Origin: a virus
Virus record (IMG/VR): IMGVR_UViG_3300045988_154248
DNA length: 64,000 bases
Direction: 5' to 3' (one strand)
Shown here: one piece after another, positions 29,501-37,859 of the stretch
Numbering within the stretch: position 1 is the first letter of the stretch
How the letters are laid out: each line of letters opens with the position of its first letter
Made by a program: the position numbers and the translations under genes
Notes under the pieces: model-generated
The model's database searches: none
What the model was told of the DNA's origin: nothing
The model's input: only the letters and a program-made list of their open reading frames with translations

Positions 29501-32392
29501 CGTGACTGGACTATGCCTGACGGATCTAAAGTGTTTGATGTATCACATCTTTGGGACGGCGATGATAGTTTCGGAAAATCTTATAACACGATCAAATCAA
29601 CCGTATCTGCGACATCTAAAGAACTTGGAGATTTATCGGACAAAGTAGATCAATTAGGAAATGGTTATACTGTTGTTTTATCTAACGAAACCCAAAATAT
29701 CCCATGTACATCTGACGGAATAACTGCGACTAGTTTTCTTATCGAAATTCCATTCTATGGTTATGAGGGAATTAAACAGGCAGTATGTACCGTGACTGTT
29801 GGTGAATTACCAGATGGAATTACTCTCGCGGAAAATACTGCTGCTACTTCTACTGCACCAGGTAAAATCACCTTGAATGTAGCAAAAGGTAAAACACTTG
29901 GTAACAAATCTCTTCTAACAGGAACGATTGTTTTTACATGTATCGTTTCAGGAAAGAAAATTTCTAAAAAATTCACATGGATTAAATCTCTCGCTGGTAA
30001 AGATGGATCGCAAGGTATTCCAGCGCCTACATACTATACGTGGATTCGTTATGCAGATACTCCGACCAGTGGAATATCATCTGATCCAACCAATAAAACA
30101 TATATTGGTATTGCGTATAATCAGACTTCTCAAACACCTAGTTCAAACTATTCTGATTATCAATGGTCAAAATTTCGCGGAGATGACGGTGCAAGTATAA
30201 AAGGCGATGACGGAAAAACGCTATATGTATGGATTAAATATGCAGATGACGCAAAAGGTACAAATATGTCAGATGCTCCCGAAGGTAAAACTTACATGGG
30301 TATGGCATGGAATAAATCCACATCAAAAGAGAGTACTAATGCTGCGGATTATTCCTGGTCACTAATTAAAGGCGCAGACGGTAAAGATGGAAAAACCCCA
30401 GTAAAAGGCGTTGACTATTTCGATGGCGTGTCTTCCTATGTATGGATTAGATATGCAACGGACGCTAAAGGAACTGGGATGACAGCTATTCCATCCACAA
30501 CAACGGGCTATATCGGAACAGCTACTACTACAACAGCTGTTGCTCCAACAAATGCTAGTGCGTATGTGTGGGCTAAATATATTGGAGAAAAAGGCGCTAA
30601 AGGTGATGGTGGTTATATTCATATTGCTTATGCTAACTCTGCTGATGGAAAGACAGGATTCGATACGACAATCGGTACTGGGAAATCTTATATTGGACAG
30701 TATACGGATAACATCGAAGATGATAGCACGAATCCAAGCAAATATACATGGAGTTTGATCAAAGGTGCTGACGGAAAGACATTATATACATGGCTAAAAT
30801 ATGCTGACTCTCCTACTTCTGGTATGTCAGACAGTCCGGCTGGAAAGACGTACATGGGTATTGCTGTTAATAAAACATCTATAACTGAAAGCAGTAACTA
30901 TTCTGATTATACTTGGTCGCTGATCAAAGGTACAGATGGAATTAGTGTTAAGGGCGATAAAGGTGATACGGTATATATCTGGGTTAAATATGCAGATGAC
31001 GCAAAAGGTAATGGCATGTCTGAATATCCAGATGGCAAAAAATATATTGGTCTTGCCTATAACAAAACCACCGCAACAGAAAGTAATAATGCTTCTGATT
31101 ACATCTGGTCGTTAATTCAGGGTGAAGATGCTGTTCTTTATGAAATCGAACCATCTGTTGCAGTAATCAAAAAATGCACTCTTGATGTATGTTCTATTAC
31201 TGACGAATCTGGAAATCGAATTGTTGATGAACAAGGAAGATTTCTCTCTGCTTATTTCTTGACTGATTCTCTTTCACCGAACAAAATCACATTTACGGCC
31301 TATAAACAAGTCGGAAGTAAAACTCGTGCCATATATGCATGTAGATTTATTATCCAGGAATCTTTAAATGGATTATCTTGGTCAACAAAATACACGTCTT
31401 CCGAAGACGAAACGAGTGTGTCATACACTCCAAGCACCCTTAAATTACAACAAATTAAGTGTGTAATGTATCGTGCTGGCGGCATAACTGAACAGTTAGA
31501 TTCTCAGACTGTGCCTGTTATTCAAGATGCTGAAGGCTATGATTCTGTGATTCAGACATTTACGGATACTTTTGCATCTGTTGAGTTAAAAGTTGATAAC
31601 AATACAAAAGCTATTACATTAAAAGCAGAGCAAAAAGATATAACTAATGCTATTAATAATTATGATAACACAACAGTTAAGGACATTCGCAATCGCCAAA
31701 CAGAACAAAAAGTCAATATCGACGGTATTTCAACAAAAGTATCTGATATTGAAACAACTATTAATGGATCTGTCGATGGCACAAAAACAGGTCTTATAGA
31801 AAAGGTTACGCAAGTAACAACCAAGGCCGGAACAATTGAAGCTAATCTCAAAAATAATTATACCACAACTGCAGGTATGAATACACAGATCAGCAACTCA
31901 ATTGCTGCTAGTGCAGATAAGATTAAGGTCACTCTTGCTGATGGAAAGACGGAATCTACTCTCAAAGCCGCTTTAGGAGAAATTCAGAAGAGTGTAAAAG
32001 ATAATGCAGGAAATATTTCAACAGTCACCCAAAAGGCTAATAGCATTGAAACTAAGGTTGCAAACCAAGGAAATGACATTGCGAATCTTAAAGTTGATGC
32101 AAAAGCCGTCGAGACGTTGGTTGGAAGTTCTGCTGGTACAACTGATGTTGTTCAAAAAGCAACAGATTTTCGAAAGACGATTACAGATGCTGCCGGAAAT
32201 GCAAATCTTGCTCTTAGCACCGCGAATTCAAATAAAAATATTATTTCAAACATGAAAGTTGGAGCTGCAAATACAATTCGCAATTCCAATGATCTTATTT
32301 ACGATTTATATTTTATGGTTGCCAGTCTACGTGACGAAAGTGGTAATCGCATAGTAGCTGAAAATGGCGATTATTTAGTTGCATATTATTAA
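26576..32392 (+). CDS. tail-associated (Tal)/host-recognition protein, 1938 aa
   Basis: The start overlaps the Dit stop region. The N-terminal region resembles phage minor structural protein/anti-receptor N-termini. Long fibrous C-terminal part with internal repeats. Confidence 0.7.
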   Translation: MNIIFNRYNEPIQGHVYLGTPNGKILCAINGIEESTFKLTSKFNNTFELTFDLNENILIQDGKGLSKLVHSNVYDLVGWLMRVYVENVGWFIMEHPKITDDGMKQIKTITCQSAEIEMQQHDLKNFKINQGTTDSYEMLADNNVEKIDDVEFAKEQIKFHNPQNPQLSLIDLALKAAGMKGWSVGEIDSTPKTYRTYKDGKYVETTTLLSNEIGAFDVESQDLYSFFTQDMAKYFQCVFVFDFLHMKISAYHPENYGKSTNVNINFRNLQQSQEITVDDSTLFTRYYVQGADDLGITYVNFGSNYIENIDYYLNEKYFSPLLIIKYKLWKEDYEEARILYIEATRQYNEQMKVVTELYDRVPLDDCSTDWSTFTDDELKEAQANYQAQLKGYEQFYVDDDGNFDENALKNSSDANDYYQIKNVILPSIQIEMDNRQLPTDDDNADYVDSYKTNWKLYGLDELKVKLQEYKNTIETCKKGGYDQPYTEDSSHTKDVHDTMYAKYLDAQNQLDSNYVGGCQEAYDQRQSEIDAANEILNSYNKTRTDLVKQISKETWSGVVAADNSGYILDEAGNYITDEAGRRIYCDTQKLQFTERDLTELSKVYYDGDYSNENMFLTDSDDQVSAIDEQLKLLDAAIDDLYIASHPQYQFTTSLDNFLALADYEDYIKNINQGDYLWLTVDNKVVKLRVVEIQYNPLIADNSIQITFSNMIQGRSSRNDLSYVLNTPSNASKSSASGSSNNFLNNEGITLTAGLIQKLISNGAFKNGVSQIINNEFAGMLAGGSISLEELNAKIIKVTDLYGKNGYFEYLQAKLITAGRVVADSADFKELSALAATIKSAIIGASSTETGIVINLTTENATMSEAMIKDLIAKYITVNELKAGDIYTNKIKILSENGTLRIQDNTFSIYDEDGNVVVQLGEDKNGNYGLIISDSKGSVLLDSQGLHEGIVPDDFIKTDMIADGQITESKIDKTTMRDWTMPDGSKVFDVSHLWDGDDSFGKSYNTIKSTVSATSKELGDLSDKVDQLGNGYTVVLSNETQNIPCTSDGITATSFLIEIPFYGYEGIKQAVCTVTVGELPDGITLAENTAATSTAPGKITLNVAKGKTLGNKSLLTGTIVFTCIVSGKKISKKFTWIKSLAGKDGSQGIPAPTYYTWIRYADTPTSGISSDPTNKTYIGIAYNQTSQTPSSNYSDYQWSKFRGDDGASIKGDDGKTLYVWIKYADDAKGTNMSDAPEGKTYMGMAWNKSTSKESTNAADYSWSLIKGADGKDGKTPVKGVDYFDGVSSYVWIRYATDAKGTGMTAIPSTTTGYIGTATTTTAVAPTNASAYVWAKYIGEKGAKGDGGYIHIAYANSADGKTGFDTTIGTGKSYIGQYTDNIEDDSTNPSKYTWSLIKGADGKTLYTWLKYADSPTSGMSDSPAGKTYMGIAVNKTSITESSNYSDYTWSLIKGTDGISVKGDKGDTVYIWVKYADDAKGNGMSEYPDGKKYIGLAYNKTTATESNNASDYIWSLIQGEDAVLYEIEPSVAVIKKCTLDVCSITDESGNRIVDEQGRFLSAYFLTDSLSPNKITFTAYKQVGSKTRAIYACRFIIQESLNGLSWSTKYTSSEDETSVSYTPSTLKLQQIKCVMYRAGGITEQLDSQTVPVIQDAEGYDSVIQTFTDTFASVELKVDNNTKAITLKAEQKDITNAINNYDNTTVKDIRNRQTEQKVNIDGISTKVSDIETTINGSVDGTKTGLIEKVTQVTTKAGTIEANLKNNYTTTAGMNTQISNSIAASADKIKVTLADGKTESTLKAALGEIQKSVKDNAGNISTVTQKANSIETKVANQGNDIANLKVDAKAVETLVGSSAGTTDVVQKATDFRKTITDAAGNANLALSTANSNKNIISNMKVGAANTIRNSNDLIYDLYFMVASLRDESGNRIVAENGDYLVAYY
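30030..31130 (+). repeat. six tandem ~55-aa coding repeats within Tal
   Basis: Repeats of Y.W(I/L)(K/R)YAD...G(M/I)S..P.GK.Y(I/M)G(I/M/L)A.NK....ES.N..DY.WSLIKG.DG, e.g. LYVWIKYADDAKGTNMSDAPEGKTYMGMAWNK... and LYTWLKYADSPTSGMSDSPAGKTYMGIAVNK... Confidence 0.75.
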
Positions 32393-32397
32393 TTTTA

Positions 32398-32430
32398 TTA
32401 CTCCTCATTGATTTGAGGAGTAACTTTTAT
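32398..32430 (+). terminator. rho-independent terminator after Tal
   Basis: Perfect 10-bp stem TTACTCCTCA / TGAGGAGTAA with a 6-nt loop, then CTTTTAT. Confidence 0.65.
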
Positions 32431-32447
32431 AAGGAGGTAATACACTT

Positions 32448-32933
32448 ATGGCAAGTGATAAAATGTTAGGTAGTTTTGATCAAAAATCTGCACCAGAAGA
32501 TAATGATCTTTTGGTAGAATACGATGCTGCTGCATCGAAAGTTAAGAATGTGAAGTTCGGAGGTGTGTGGAACTGGATAGTTAAGAAATTGACATCCGCC
32601 GTAATTAATGAGTTACAAACATCAAGTAAGAATGTAGTGGGGGCTATTAATGAATTAAATAGTAAGAAAGCGATTTGCACCACTGGTTGGGAAAACGGTA
32701 ATGCAAAATCTATTTTTGAAATATTTTCGCCAACTTCTCCAAATGGTATTTATAGTTATTATAATATTAAAGATATTCCATTTTATCATTCTCCTACAGA
32801 TGCCTATGTAACAATAATAAAAGGACATGAGTTAATTATTGCTTTTAATGAACAGAGTATTTTTATAACAGGAAGTTCAAGAAATACATGGACAAAGGAA
32901 TGGCATTCTATCAAGCTTGGTATCCTATCTTAA
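32448..32933 (+). CDS. tail fibre / receptor-binding protein: constant N-terminus (to 32666) fused to the currently expressed variable cassette V1
   Basis: AAGGAGG SD then ATG. Constant part ...VVGAINELNSK ends exactly in the crossover motif AAATAGTAAG (32657-32666). V1 (32667-32933) ends ...RNTWTKEWHSIKLGILS. Confidence 0.75.
   Translation: MASDKMLGSFDQKSAPEDNDLLVEYDAAASKVKNVKFGGVWNWIVKKLTSAVINELQTSSKNVVGAINELNSKKAICTTGWENGNAKSIFEIFSPTSPNGIYSYYNIKDIPFYHSPTDAYVTIIKGHELIIAFNEQSIFITGSSRNTWTKEWHSIKLGILS
32657..32666 (+). repeat. crossover site 1 (end of the constant region)
   Basis: gaaTTAAATAGTAAGaaa, read as L-N-S-K in the fibre frame. Confidence 0.7.
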
Positions 32934-32941
32934 ATAGTAAG
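32932..32941 (+). repeat. crossover site 2 (direct orientation, head of cassette V2)
   Basis: tatCTTAAATAGTAAGaca. It supplies the TAA stop of V1 and, in the +1 frame, N-S-K of V2. Confidence 0.7.
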
Positions 32942-33664
32942 ACATTATTACATAATGCAGGTGGTCATAACTCTATCTTCAGAGGTAAGAACTTAGGTAC
33001 ATCTTACACATCTGCGATGTCTAAGGCTATTCAGGCGGGTACATTTGATGACCTGTATGTAGGTGATTACCTTACAATCAACGGTACTGTATATCGAATC
33101 GCTGGATTCAATCTTGGAAAACAGATTGGAGGCAACGCATCTATGGGTAACTGCATGTGCCTCGTTCCTGACTCTGCTCTGTATAGCGCACAGATGCACA
33201 ATACGGATAGTGGTCAGTATACAGAAGGTTCTGCTGCAAATACAACAACCGGTGCATATGCAAATTCTGATATGAGAACCACCAACCTTGCACAGGCAAC
33301 TCAGAAGATTGTGAACGACTTCGGTTCTACTCATGTAATGTCTTACAGAGATATCCTGCCGAACGCAACCGCTAACGGACAGGCTTCTGGATGGGCTTGG
33401 TATGACTGTAAAGTTGAACTGATGTCTGAGGTTATGGTGTACGGAACAACTGTATGGGCTAATAGCGGATATGAAGTTGGATGTATCAACTCTCAGCTCC
33501 CACTGTTCGCTCTCGCTCCTGAATATATTCACCGTCGCTTCGTCTATTGGCTCCGTGGTGTTGGGAGTGCGACTTCCTTCGCTTCTGTGAGCAACGCCGG
33601 TTATGCGACCAACACCAACGCTTCTTTTTCTTATGGTGTTCGTCCGTTTTTCTTCGTTAATTAA
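32932..33664 (+). CDS. silent fibre C-terminal cassette V2 (244 aa, lectin-like)
   Basis: The in-frame N-S-K entry (LNSKTLLHNAGG...) has no SD; the Met at 32888 lies inside V1. The C-terminus ...YWLRGVGSATSFASVSNAGYATNTNASFSYGVRPFFFVN resembles the WLRS...GVRP signature of DUF6273-type domains, from memory. Confidence 0.6.
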
Positions 33665-33803
33665 GATTTTTACGTGCATAGAAACGGGAATAATAGCTAT
33701 TGACTGCGGATTTAATTGGTTTATATTTTTCAAGTATTTGATGAGAGAATATGGGAATGTGGTAATAGAAATTGCCAAAATTTCCCAAGGAGGTAGGTTA
33801 ATA

Positions 33804-34802
33804 TTGACAAAATTAGAAAATATTCTCGAGCAAATACTTGAAAAATTACAGGATAGCTTAACGCATGAACAGCTTTCGGAATTAGAAAGCACTATGGTTA
33901 TTGCATTCCACGGAATCGAGGTACAAGAAGAACACACTCAGTTAGTAACATCAGAGCGTACATGGGAGAAGATTCTTCGGATGTATTGTGCCGCAAAGCG
34001 TGTTGAAAATTGCTCCGAAAGAACTATTAAAGGTTACAGTCGATGCATTATTCAGTTTTTCACGCAGATCAACAAGAAAATAAATAACATAACTACGAAT
34101 GATATTAGATATTATTTGGCATTTTTTCAAGAAACGCATCATACTTCTATTGTATATCTTGATAACATACGTAGGTATCTTAATTCATTTTTTACATGGG
34201 CTGCGGATGAAGGATATATACAATCAAATCCTATGCGAAAACTCAAGAAAATGAGAGTACCTACTAAACTTAAAAAAACATTTTCAGCAGCAGAGATGGA
34301 AGAACTTCGTTGCAGTGCAAACTCTCAGAGAGATATTGCAATTATGGAATTTTTATATTGTACTGCTACTCGTATTGGAGAGGCAGTTAGCGTTAATCGC
34401 TCGGATATTGATTGGCAAAGAAAAGAATTAATTGTTTATGGAGAAAAGGGCAAGAAAGAACGTACTGTTTATTTGACAGATCGCTGCATTTATCATCTTA
34501 AAAAATATCTTGATGAAAGAAAAGATACAAATGAAGCTTTATTTGTATCCTCAAAATCTCCACATAAGCGACTTGGAGTTCAGGCAATTCAGTCTATGTT
34601 GGCAGCGTTAGGTAAAAAGACAAATATTCACGTACATGCTCATAAATTTCGAAGGACGTTACTTACGGATGCAGGAAAACGTGGTATGCCATTACAAGAG
34701 ATTCAGGTCTATGCAGGACACGCCAAGCCAGATACAACGATGCAATATGTAATGGTTCAACAAGAACGTGTTAAATCGAATTTTATGAAAAATATTGCAT
34801 AA
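33804..34802 (+). CDS. tyrosine recombinase (XerC/D-Rci-like), candidate shufflon invertase
   Basis: CAAGGAGGT SD then TTG 33804. Core-binding domain (ERTIKGYSRCIIQFF...YLNSFFTWAADEGYIQSNP). Catalytic residues: ATRIGE (Arg), HKFRRT (HxxR), GHAKPDTTMQY (His...Tyr). Confidence 0.8.
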   Translation: MTKLENILEQILEKLQDSLTHEQLSELESTMVIAFHGIEVQEEHTQLVTSERTWEKILRMYCAAKRVENCSERTIKGYSRCIIQFFTQINKKINNITTNDIRYYLAFFQETHHTSIVYLDNIRRYLNSFFTWAADEGYIQSNPMRKLKKMRVPTKLKKTFSAAEMEELRCSANSQRDIAIMEFLYCTATRIGEAVSVNRSDIDWQRKELIVYGEKGKKERTVYLTDRCIYHLKKYLDERKDTNEALFVSSKSPHKRLGVQAIQSMLAALGKKTNIHVHAHKFRRTLLTDAGKRGMPLQEIQVYAGHAKPDTTMQYVMVQQERVKSNFMKNIA

Positions 34803-34956
34803 TTTTTATAAATAGTCTAATAAAAATACCCTTATTTTTTGATCGCCCATTGGACGGTCTATTTATCGTGTATGTATATATTGATATTTTGCAATTTTGT
34901 AGGTTGCATGTTTTTATTCTTGTATTTATATTAAATCCGCAGTCTATAGAATTATT

Positions 34957-35266
34957 TTAACCAAATAATAATCCATTCACTTTGTAAAAGGACTCCAATT
35001 TGGAGTTTCCGTTAAAAGTAATTTTACCCAAATCTGTATTAATAGCAATACTTGACGTATCGGTATTTGACGCAGTGAAAGAAAGTAGTTTCATAGACCA
35101 TTTTGTTCCATAATTGATAACAATCGAAAAATACACACCACTTCCAATATTACCGGAAATCAATAATAAACCGATAGCGGTGTCCGATATATTATATTTG
35201 ATCGTTGCTGTTTTGTCATTTATTGTCGTATTAACGTCTATTGGTTTGATTCTTGTCTTACTATTT
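34957..35266 (-). CDS. silent fibre C-terminal cassette A
   Basis: Minus-strand reading from the site: AAT AGT AAG ACA AGA... gives NSKTRIKPIDVNTTINDKTATIKYNISDTAIGLLLISGNIGSG...NGLLFG*, open in the N-S-K frame. No SD or start. Confidence 0.6.
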
Positions 35267-35524
35267 TATTGAGCTGTAAAATATTTCCATTCAGTCCAAC
35301 TGTCAGTATTTCTTTTTCTTCTGATGGCAATCTTATCATGTCCAAAAGAAAATGCTAATTGAGCGGTGTAATTACCGGTACCTAAATTCTGTTGGATAAC
35401 AAAACATGCGTTTGACCCAAGTCCACTTGGTAATCCTATTGGATTAATTTTTGTATCTAATATGGGGCATTTCGGCGGATTGTTTAGATCAGTGATATTG
35501 TTCACATATATTGCCTTACTATTT
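35266..35524 (-). CDS. silent fibre C-terminal cassette B
   Basis: NSKAIYVNNITDLNNPPKCPILD...NTDSWTEWKYFTAQ*, in frame with the site. The stop abuts site A. Confidence 0.6.
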
Positions 35525-35834
35525 AATTAACACTGCAGCAGAAAATCTATATAAAGTATTTTGTGTCGAACTTCCAATTGTTATTTGACCATCCAGCTCA
35601 ATTGAACCAAACATACAATACGGATCAGTTGGCATACTTCCTACTTGAAATATGATCTGTGTTACATTGATGGCATTAATATCATTTATCTTAGCTAAAA
35701 CATACTGGATGCCTGTATTTTGTGCAGTCACATAACCTTCTACTATTAATACTTTTCCGTATGAAACAGCAGATATATGCCCTTGGTTTGATCCATACAA
35801 AATGTCATAACTTTTAATTTCCGTTTTACTATTT
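35519..35834 (-). CDS. silent fibre C-terminal cassette C
   Basis: NSKTEIKSYDILYGSNQGHISAV...AAVLIK*. The stop is the TAG of the AAA-TAG-TAA reading of site B. Confidence 0.6.
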
Positions 35835-36104
35835 TATCTATACGTATATACATAACAACAGAATGTAAAGTTAATGCTAGTATTCATAATGAGTTTATTG
35901 CCATTCAACGTTACAGAATTTATCCTTGAATTTTCTTTTATTGAATAAATATGTCCAGCCGATGCATCATAAAATGTTGAAAATAAATATAAAGCACATC
36001 CATCATATGGATGAGAAAAAGATAGTAATCCACATGAAAGAGGAACTAATTCTATTTCTTTCACTCCGTTTTCGAAAGTCGTTCCGATAACAGTTTTACT
36101 ATTT
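35834..36104 (-). CDS. silent fibre C-terminal cassette D
   Basis: NSKTVIGTTFENGVKEIELVPLSCG...CYVYTYR*, in frame with the site. Confidence 0.6.
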
Positions 36105-36422
36105 TATTCTTCTTTCACGATTGCATTTTTTATGTTTTCATAATAGATAATGATAACAGCATTTGCATACTGTGGAAAATTTGAAAACTTTACATTTTGT
36201 ATAGAATCATTATCGTTACACTTTATTGTGACATCACCTGTTTTTAATGTATTATTTATTTTCCCAATAGTACCTGTTAAAAATGTTGAACCTCCGAATA
36301 ACGCGAATGGAGCATATGATATGTCGTTATTTCCTTCTTTATTTATAGAAATAGTTACCGACTTTATATTGGCTCCAGAAGTTCTATATATCAATAAATT
36401 ATTAAAGACTTGATTACTATTT
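36104..36422 (-). CDS. silent fibre C-terminal cassette E
   Basis: NSNQVFNNLLIYRTSGANIKSVT...NAIVKEE*. The site variant is AAATAGTAAT. Confidence 0.6.
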
Positions 36423-36679
36423 AATGCCAATTGCCCCACGTACCATCACTAAAATCATATATTCTTATGCTAACATTCCATACAATAGAATATCTCACGG
36501 CATATTGTATTTTAATTCCGTCTTGCATAGATCCAATGCAAAATATAAAATACATATTAGCGTCTGGTTTGTTTAAAGCAGAAGAAAATGCAATAGCAGA
36601 TTCTCCGATAGGTAAATCATTACAATCTTTATATTTTCCTTCGCCATAAATTTGTTGTAAACACAATCTCTTACTATTT
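36421..36679 (-). CDS. silent fibre C-terminal cassette F
   Basis: NSKRLCLQQIYGEGKYKDCNDLP...YDFSDGTWGNWH*, in frame with the site. Confidence 0.6.
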
Positions 36680-36975
36680 AACTTATAGTCACAAGATCAA
36701 GGCAGATTAAAAATGCTGCGCTCCATGGACCAAGTGTCACTTTTAATGTTGCCAAAGAAGCATCAAGTACGGGTGGTGCTGCAGATCCAGTTCCTTTTGA
36801 TATTTCTGCCACTCCCGATATCCTTCCTGTTATGTATGCAGAGGTATTGCGGTTGTTATCAATTAGTAAAAACGAAGTCATATGACTGTTTACACCACCC
36901 CACTTTACGCTTACTGTTTTGGCAGAGTCATTACTATATATAATATAACTATTGGCATTGAACCGCTTACTATTT
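36678..36975 (-). CDS. silent fibre C-terminal cassette G
   Basis: NSKRFNANSYIIYSNDSAKTVSVKWGGVNSHMTSFLLIDNN...LVTIS*, checked codon by codon with no stop. Confidence 0.6.
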
Positions 36976-37006
36976 AATTAAAGTGAACGAAAATCTGGAA
37001 AATTCA

Positions 37007-37282
37007 TTATATTTTCTTCCAAGTACACCAATTGTTTATGTCTGTAATCATGGATCGATAGAAAATATTCTCATGGTTTCCAGGTAGGATAATTTGTGTT
37101 ACTCTACCAATAGATTCTGCAAAAATGAAAACAAAACAATTAGTACAATGTTGTTCTGTTGGCTCGTTCTTTACTCGTAGATTACCTGATAAATAATATA
37201 CGTTCGAAGATGTTAAATTGTTAATCAATATCATGCAACGCAATTGCATTTTTCAAAATCTTTTGAAAACATCTTACTATTT
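37007..37282 (-). pseudogene. fibre C-terminal cassette H, frameshifted relative to its crossover site
   Basis: The N-S-K frame reads NSKMFSKDFEKCNCVA* and stops. The 80-codon ORF (MQLRCMILINN...NNWCTWKKI*) is in another frame, and one extra A in the A5 run (plus-strand T-run 37249-37253) would join them. Confidence 0.55.
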
Positions 37283-37286
37283 TTAT

Positions 37287-37590
37287 TTATTGCATTGCAA
37301 AAAAGAATATCTTTGTTATTGTTTCATCATTAGTAATATGAGATGTAAAGTTCCACCCATTTCCATCGAGTGAAAAAATAATACCGGATATCTTAATTGA
37401 TGATTGATCATAAACAATTTTTTGCACTATAGCAGAATAGCCTTTAAGGTGATTTTTCCAACTTCCGCAGATGTTAAAGATCCCGTTGTTTTGCCATCTT
37501 GTCTTAGATATAATCAAATTAATAAGTGATTCAATATCATTGCTTTCCTGTTGTGGAATATTTTTTGTTTTTGCTTGGAGATTACTATTT
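37287..37590 (-). CDS. silent fibre C-terminal cassette I
   Basis: NSNLQAKTKNIPQQESNDIESL...ITKIFFFAMQ*, in frame with the site (variant AAATAGTAAT). Confidence 0.6.
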
Positions 37591-37741
37591 AACATCATAT
37601 ATGCCAATTTTTTGCGTTTCTTTATTAAATATAACCTGTATATTTCCTGCCTTTTCGGTATAAAAAACAAAACCAAATTGATTATCATTCCAAGACTGTA
37701 TAATGATTTTTTTTATATTAAAGAATGCCGTCTTACTATTT
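37585..37741 (-). CDS. silent fibre C-terminal cassette J (short, 51 aa)
   Basis: NSKTAFFNIKKIIIQSWNDNQFGFVFYTEKAGNIQVIFNKETQKIGIYDVK*. The stop is the TAG inside site I. Confidence 0.5.
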
Positions 37742-37859
37742 AATCCACCAGATGAAACTCTGCTTTCATCCTATTTTTGTTCCTCAATTTTCCTTGAAAA
37801 CACTGGGTTTTTTTGAAACCCGTGAAAGATAATATTGACCATTTTCAATCACTAAGGAG

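Noticed and set aside
33603-33803. N-terminal 67-codon extension of the recombinase ORF (track start 33603)
   Set aside because: It overlaps the end of V2 and translates to hydrophobic junk. A strong CAAGGAGGT SD precedes the TTG at 33804, where the Xer-like core-binding domain begins.
32993-33937. 314-aa minus-strand ORF covering cassette V2 and the region upstream of the recombinase
   Set aside because: It is antisense to V2, which has the in-frame N-S-K entry and a recognisable domain ending. Its product is Cys/Ser/Arg-rich low-complexity sequence typical of a shadow ORF, and it has no SD.
34808-34956. Degenerate plus-orientation site (ATAAATAGTCTAA) after the recombinase, followed by a 50-codon open frame (NSLIKIPLFFDRPLDG...)
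   Set aside because: The core matches only 7/9. The translation is hydrophobic and unlike the other tips. It is possibly a decayed cassette, but I cannot support it.
36931-36940. ATTACTATAT inside cassette G, one mismatch from the crossover core
   Set aside because: It lies within a coding cassette, has a mismatch in the invariant T-run and has no cassette behind it. It is likely chance in AT-rich DNA.
36150-37743. Plus-strand ORFs 36150..36413, 36431..36649, 36713..36943 and 37471..37743 inside the cassette array
   Set aside because: They are antisense shadows of cassettes whose minus-strand frames connect precisely to the crossover sites. They have no SDs and hydrophobic or low-complexity translations.
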